A DNA stretch of 64,000 nt, taken from contig MU619282.1 of the NCBI GenBank assembly GCA_025201805.1, forward strand, positions 1 through 64,000, read 5' to 3'. The position numbers and the translations under genes were made by a program. Shown here piece after piece: positions 57,588 through 64,000 of the stretch. This stretch comes from Parasitella parasitica NRRL 2501. Lineage: Eukaryota > Fungi > Mucoromycota. The number at the start of each line of letters is the position of its first letter. Within the stretch, counting starts at the first letter, position 1. The notes under the pieces are model-generated. The model did no database searches. It was not told where the DNA came from and saw only the letters and a list, made by a program, of their open reading frames with translations.

Positions 57588-59230
57588 ATGTATTACCACT
57601 ATTACCACTATTACAGCATATACTTGAGTTTGCTACTCTTCGGAAGTTTTGCATCATTGCAACCTATTAAAAATCAACAGGAATTTATGTGCTTAGATAG
57701 CATTTATGAATTCTTTGGTAATAAAGACTTGAACGCACACAAATGGATCCCATGCAATGCTGAAAATAAGGTATCATCAGCCCTCTACAGCAAAGACCAT
57801 CCCTCATATCTCCGATTTTCATCCACTGCAGATCAGCCACCCTCGTCTGCGCCCATCGAGATTTCATTTAAATGCTACCATGCACCGAAAAATGTATGCG
57901 AAAAAGCCGCAAGAGCCTTCAAAAAAGCAGGAGACATAATCTCGAGTGTCATTTTGTTTCGAGAGTCCATCAAAGTAAATGCTACACTGGCGTCGTTTTG
58001 CCAAATGGGGAACGAATGCGGTAAAAGCATGATGACACTTGGGGGCTCTTCCCCGGCGCGCGCAATGCCGCTATTGAATGACGATGGGGTGATGCGTTTA
58101 CATCCTCAGGCACTTGTTAAACAGTACCTGTTGCAGGATCACCCAACATTTGCAGAATATGATATACTCAGCGTATTTAATGCAGATGCCCCTTTTTGGT
58201 TTGAAGTAATCTGATGCCAAATTCAAATTAAGATGTTGCCGTAATTAACTATGTCTTTAGGAAGATGGGATCCCAATCGACTCTAATCAAGCAGACTTCT
58301 CGTTCGTCATACTTGTAAGCATTGCATACCCTATTGCAGAGCCAACATGCATCCACTCATTCGTATATACACATATAGCATGAATTCATGCATGGATTAG
58401 GTTTTTATTCAGGATGGAACGAGTACATCTCTAAAAACGCACTGACTCCGGATCCTTCCCCTTTCCTAGCAAATCAACTCATACGCATGCTTAATCCTAC
58501 GTCCACGAGCGCATTACACTCAACTCAGTTTTTGGAGAGCGCCATGGATCGACTAATGACGGTGCTCGACTATGAAAACGGCAATGCGTCTGTGTCTGTA
58601 TCAAAATACACGGGCCAGCTAAACAGGATTCAAGCCACAACAATTTCGGATCTGACAAGATCTCCAGAATTTGCGTCTGCAAAAGAAATGGGATATCTTG
58701 CCACTAAGGCAGGGTCTCTAGGTCTAGACATCTCTTCTGAATTGGAACCGATTGTCCTCGAAACCGCTTTGCAACCATTTCAACCTGGATCTTCTGTATC
58801 TCACGTTGATTATGCAAAGTATACCGAATCGCCCGACTTTCTGATGCGATTCATGCAAGACCGTGGATTGACATTGGCAGAGGCTATCAAACGCGGCGGT
58901 CAGGGTGTTGATGGACAGCCTATTGGCCCTTTACTATTGAGAGTCTTTGAAGAGCTGGGTTATTCTACTGTCAATAGTCCAAATACAGCACCTCCCTTGC
59001 TCATTTATCAGCAACAAGGCATGACTGATATTGTCATGAACGAGTTGCAGCCTTCTAATCACCACGGCCTTCGAAGAAAACACCAGCACCATCATAATTC
59101 TGTAAATATCACAGCTAAAGATGGCCAAATCTATATTTCGGCTGCTGGTAAAACAGCTAGATATCACGTTTCGTATGCATTTCAGCAAATTTCCCTCTTT
59201 GCTGTTTGTGCATATATATGTGCTATGTAG
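57588..59230 (+). CDS. Secreted HEXXH zinc-metalloprotease-like protein, 3 exons
   Basis: Signal peptide; spliced DFSFVIL|HEFMHGLGF, GSSVSHVDY and DFLMRF; hydrophobic C-terminus. Confidence 0.75.
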
Positions 59231-59475
59231 TTTCTTTTGTGAATAAATCTGTAGTGCTTGAGCACGCAATCCCCATATACCAAAACCAGAGACTCAAACT
59301 TGGCGCATGCTTTTACAGTCGACGAAAAAAAGGTTGGCCAATAAAAAAAATAATTGGCCAGTTTGAAATGAAATGGACGGAAATGGTTCATTAGTACGAA
59401 AATGGGTCACCAATACAGAAATGTAATGAGGATTGGCCGAATTCTCTCTTCTTGATTTTTTTCATATTGCTCAAC

Positions 59476-60742
59476 ATGAACGAAGAATACAATTTTGACA
59501 GTGAGACAGTACCTGTGATGATACAATCATATATGGACTGGGAAGAAACTGCAGCAGTAAATGCAGCTAAGAGGAAGACCAAGCCTCACTCCAAGGAGCC
59601 CTTCCTTGATGTAGTGAAGAAGAAAAGGGGATCATACATTACCAAGAACAAAGCAAAGGTAGTTAATTTGATCAATTTGTTGCAAGAGTTTGAGAATATA
59701 TCTATCAGTGAAGCGGGTAGAAAGGTAGGGCTCTCCAAGTCAACAGCTATTCGTAAAGTCAAGCAGTGGAATCAAATGACAAGCGAAATAGCTGAAAAAG
59801 GGTTCCCTGATTCTATCGCAATCAAAGAAGGAAAGGGACGACCCACAATACTCAAAGACGAACACACTGTATTTATCGTTGAGCTGCTGGCTAATGAGCC
59901 AACATTGACAGTTGAAGCTGTTACAGACCACCTGTCAAAAGAATTTAGAGATATACAGATCACCCTCAGATCAGTGGAGAATCACATGAAGAAGAAGTGT
60001 CGCCTAACCTACAAGCGTCTCATTCCTAGATATTATGGCAGGAACACGGATGAAACTTTTACCAAAAGACGAGGTGCGATAGCATACTGGGTTAGCCAGA
60101 ACATAGACTTTATGAATGAATGTGTATTCTTGGATGAAGCTGGCTTTAACAGGAGTATGCATCGCTCATATGGATGGTCTGAGGCTGGAACACCTTGCAA
60201 AATTGATGTTCAAACGAAGGGAGCAAATGTCAGCATCTTGAGTGCTATTTGTAAAAGCGGTTTAATCACATTATCAAGAAAAGAAGTTGTACTTGGTGCT
60301 AGGAGTGGAAAACGAACTCGAACTGGTGAGAAATCTCAGGCCCCCAAGAGGAAAGGTACCGTACTACCAGCAGTGACTTTTTTGAATACATAGAGCAGGT
60401 CCTCACGACACTGGATGCGGCTAACATGAGCTACAAATATCTAGTTCTTGACAATGCATCCATTCACAAGGCTGCACTTATTGGAAGTTGGGTTGAGCAG
60501 CGTGGCTATAAGCTTCTCTTTCTGCCCCCCTTATTCTCCTTTTTTTGAATCCAATTGAGGAGTTTTGGTCCAAGCTGAAGACTATTGTAAATAACGATCC
60601 TTCTTCTGTCAGTCAGAATGAAAAAATCTCTGATCGTATTCGCAACGCAGCACTTCACATCAGCAGAGAAGATTGCGAGAATTGGATAAAGCATTCTTTG
60701 ACGTTCTGGCAGAGATGTTTGAATTGTGAAAAAGGATTATAA
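59476..60742 (+). pseudogene. DD34E transposase with two frameshifts
   Basis: HTH region, GRPTIL, FLDEAGF, LVLDNASIH and FLPPYSPFLNPIEEFWSKLK; frameshifts at a GTACC/GTACT 5-bp duplication (~60356-60365) and in the C-run near 60525. Confidence 0.9.
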
Positions 60743-61190
60743 GAAACAAAATAAAAAGCATACATTACACTTCTTTATTGGTGACCCATTCCTAATGTTG
60801 GCGAAACGAAGTCGAAAAATGTGATAGATGCCTCTCCTTGGTATCATCGATTCTTCTAAATCATTTTATCTATTATCTTTATCTTATTATCATTATTTTT
60901 ATATTTACATTTCCCTCCCTTTAAAAAAAATTATACTTGAAAGGAAAATAAAGCGTGGCTCTGAGAGCATCTATCACATTTGCAGACGGAGTGGAGCCAA
61001 CTGAGATTGTCTTAGGAACGACAAACAATGATCTCATTGACACAAGTGTAAAAAGTCTGATGTTGACTTTTATGCTGTTTTTAAGTATACGGCACACTTT
61101 TTGACATTTTATTGACTGAGTATAAAAAACTCCGTATATATTCCCCGTGTTTCAAGAATTGACCTTTATTTTTCATTTTCTTTTTAGTTT

Positions 61191-61456
61191 TCAACATTGG
61201 AAGTATGGCCTGGATTTTTTCCGCATCACCAATGAGGTTTTCTTCCAAAGCACCGTCTTACATCCCGCATCATGTCGGTTAGCTTCCTTTGGGAGTCAAT
61301 CTGTGGAGGCTAGAGTATATCGTCGAAGCATCAACATTGGAAGTATGGTCTGGATTTTTTCCGCATCACCAATGAGGTTTTCTTCCAAAGCACCGTCTTA
61401 CATCCCGCATCATGCCGGTTAGCTTCCCTTGGGAGTCAATCTGTGAAGACTAGAGT
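61191..61456 (+). repeat. Direct duplication, two 126-bp copies at a 140-bp period
   Basis: 61191-61316 and 61331-61456 are near-identical with a few substitutions. Confidence 0.95.
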
Positions 61457-62935
61457 TGAGGGAAAAAAGCATTTTTGAAAGGTGAGTATTATTAAATGCT
61501 TATATCTCTGTAGCAGTTTTGCTAATACGCACAGGTCTCTTTCGATATGTCTTTTTTTTTTTTTCCTTTTTTAATTTGTGATCTGGGGGTCAGGAATAGA
61601 TGGTCTCCACCTTCTCGTGGTTATTCCTGCAAGTAAAAGTGAGCTGCTTTGAAACTAAGAGAGACTTTGCGTTATAGACAATAAGAATATACTATATAAT
61701 TAGTCAGATGGTTTATTAATGCGAAATTATAAAAAGTATTTATTAAAAGATTTTTTCGTTTGAATCAAAGAAATATCAAAAGATCGAATATTTTGTTATT
61801 GAATAACAATGAGAAATACCATGTACTAGCTTCTGGGCTCCTACTATTACCATACGCTTATATTAAGCAGCCGTATACGTAATAAGGATCATGCCACTTC
61901 TCATTTTTCCATTACACCTTTACTAAATAAGGCAAGAAATAATATACTCCTTGCTTTCTCTTTGTGATCTGCTTATCTTTAAACAAGTCAAGAAATTATT
62001 TAGCTAATTTTCCTTGTTTTTGCCATCTGCATCTACTACTAAAGGGCTGGAGCAACTCTTTCTCGTATACCCCTTTTTATCGGTAGTAAAACCCTGACCT
62101 TTGATAGCCTTGAACAAATTTGTTCGGGTTACTTCGATTTCTTCCTTTTTAAATGCACAAAACAATGAGACGAGTGAGCATATTATTACTATTTACACAC
62201 AATCATTATTTACCTTTACTTGAGTCAATACCTGCATAATAGTGGTACAAGATTTCAAACTGGAATTATTTTTTTTATTGGGCCAACCTTTTTTTCGTCG
62301 ACTGTAAAACAACAGTTTCATTGAAGCCAAATCATAAACGCATGAGATTGCCATATCTTGATCATACAGCATCTATCAAAAGTAGTTACGTTTATCGATT
62401 ATTAAAGCCGACTCGTTTTAAATCCACATTGGTGTTTTCATGTTGACGAGTCAAGCCTAATCCGCGTATTTAACTTGAACAAGCCCTGATATAAATCGAC
62501 AGCCGAAATTCTGGAAAATAAGTTTATTAAAGTCCATTTGCATGTAGCTTTATTTTTTGGTCTATGAAACCTACCACCTAATCAACACTATCCCTTTCCT
62601 CGATTTGAACATTTTGCAAAACAATCAAATGTTTTAAACATACACATGGAGTACCGAATCTAACATGGTGGTGACAAGAAATCACTAGCAAACCTCTTCC
62701 CCCCTCCCTCCCCCATTGGCTTGAATTTAGTGGATTTGATAATATAAGTTGCAAGACTTTGCGGGTATTGTTATTATCCAGTAACGTATTGACGACCTGC
62801 CTTTGTGTATTGGATGATGTTTCTAATAATAAAAAGAGGCTCACGGAATTTCAAATCAAAAGTATAAATTAGGGTCTTTGTTGGCATTTGCCAAATATTA
62901 TTCGAGTTTTTTTTTTTTGTATTTATATTTATACT

Positions 62936-64000
62936 ATGCAAGCGCCTCCTCCAGCTACCAATGGCCCAGTCATTGCGGGCTACTTTGCGAACTGGTAAGC
63001 TATGTGGCAACTATTTCACCGTAATGATATTGAATAAGAAATGTGACGAGGGGTATCTATGACAGAAAGTACAATGTTATAGACGTGGCAGTACAAGCCA
63101 ACAAATTGACACATATATTATACGCTTTTGCAAACTTACAGGAAAATGGGCAAGTGGTTCTCGGGGTAAGTTCATCGCACAAGATAATTGAGTTCAATGC
63201 AGGCTTATTTGAATTTTGTTTTTTATTTTTTTATTTTTTATTGATAGGATGCATATGCTGATAAAGAAAAGCATTTTCCTGCAAGTAAGTCATTACAGCA
63301 GCTATATATATATATATATATATAAAAGAGAAATTGACGGAAGGATTTATACAGATGAATGCGTCAATGGTAGAGCAGATAGTTGGAATGATCAAGGCAA
63401 TAATTTGTATGGCAATTTTAAGCAATTCTATCAGCTCAAGCAGAAACATCGCCATCTGAAAGTATCACTCAGTGTGGGCGGCTGGACGTGGTCGAAAAAT
63501 TTCGCTTCGGTAGCCTGTGATCCCGCTAAACGCCAAAGGTTTGTTCAATCTAGTATCAAACTAATTGCCGACTTGGGCCTGGATGGCGTGGATATTGATT
63601 GGGAGTATCCAAAGAACGACCAAGAAGCGTTTCATTATGTGCATTTGTTGTATGAGACTCGTATTGCGTTGGATGCTTACCAGCAACAATGCCAGCAATT
63701 GGATCAGCCTCGTCTGTTATTGACTGTTGCTGTACCTTGTGGCCCTGAACATTATAGAAAATTACGTCTGGCTGAAATGCAGCCTTATGTGGATATATTT
63801 TACTTGATGGCGTATGATTATGCCGGTTCCTGGGATAGCAAAACTGGTCACCAAGCAGCCATGTTTGGTGGTGCACTAAACACCGATCAAGCTGTAAATG
63901 ATTACTTGGCTGCAGGCGTTCCTTCCAACAAGCTGGTGGTGGGCTTTCCTATGTACGGCCGTGGCTTTTGCAATACGGATGGCCCCGAGTGTGGATTTCA
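62936..64000 (+). CDS. GH18 chitinase, no evident signal peptide; runs off the window end
   Basis: GYFANW|GIYDR, LTHILYAFAN, LKVSLSVGGWTWS, DGVDIDWEYP, YLMAYDYAGSW and KLVVGFPMYGRGF. Confidence 0.95.

Larger units (their letters stand above)
59316..62304 (+). mobile_element. Tc1/IS630-like (ITm) DNA transposon with both TIRs and TA TSD
   Basis: About 54-bp TIRs CAGTCGACGAAAAAAAGGTTGGCC...TTTGAAAT (59316-59369 and 62252-62304); TA at 59314-59315 and 62305-62306. Confidence 0.93.

Noticed and set aside
61191-61456. Direct repeats as a CRISPR-like array
   Set aside because: Only two long units with a 14-bp spacer, eukaryotic context, and no cas genes.

Overview
AT-rich, intron-rich eukaryotic DNA. 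Short GT-AG introns, gene content and transposon types point to an early-diverging fungus, most likely Mucorales (inference). About 20 protein-coding genes are supported: two RlpA/expansin-like DPBB proteins, a Zn2Cys6 transcription factor, a membrane-anchored GH9, glycerol kinase, a MIF-like tautomerase, DOA10, PRI2, a TBC RabGAP, RPL25, mitochondrial EF-Ts, RPL30, SPATA20/YyaL, RPF1, GFA1, ATG13, a HEXXH protein, a GH18 chitinase and two orphans. Transposon debris lies between them: a solo LTR with a TSD plus relatives, an internally deleted Helitron, a Tourist/PIF MITE, a TIR-bounded DD34E Tc1/IS630-like element with cargo, and a Fanzor/TnpB-like remnant. The top observation is an L30e-type kink-turn lying entirely inside the RPL30 intron, with a mutually exclusive competing helix; it is a candidate autoregulatory RNA splicing switch. 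Also notable are the Fanzor remnant, a GH9 with DAGN in place of catalytic DAGD, and a long hairpin in the RPL25 intron. Five N gaps limit some calls. No tRNA, rRNA or CRISPR array was recognised. All alignments were done by eye.
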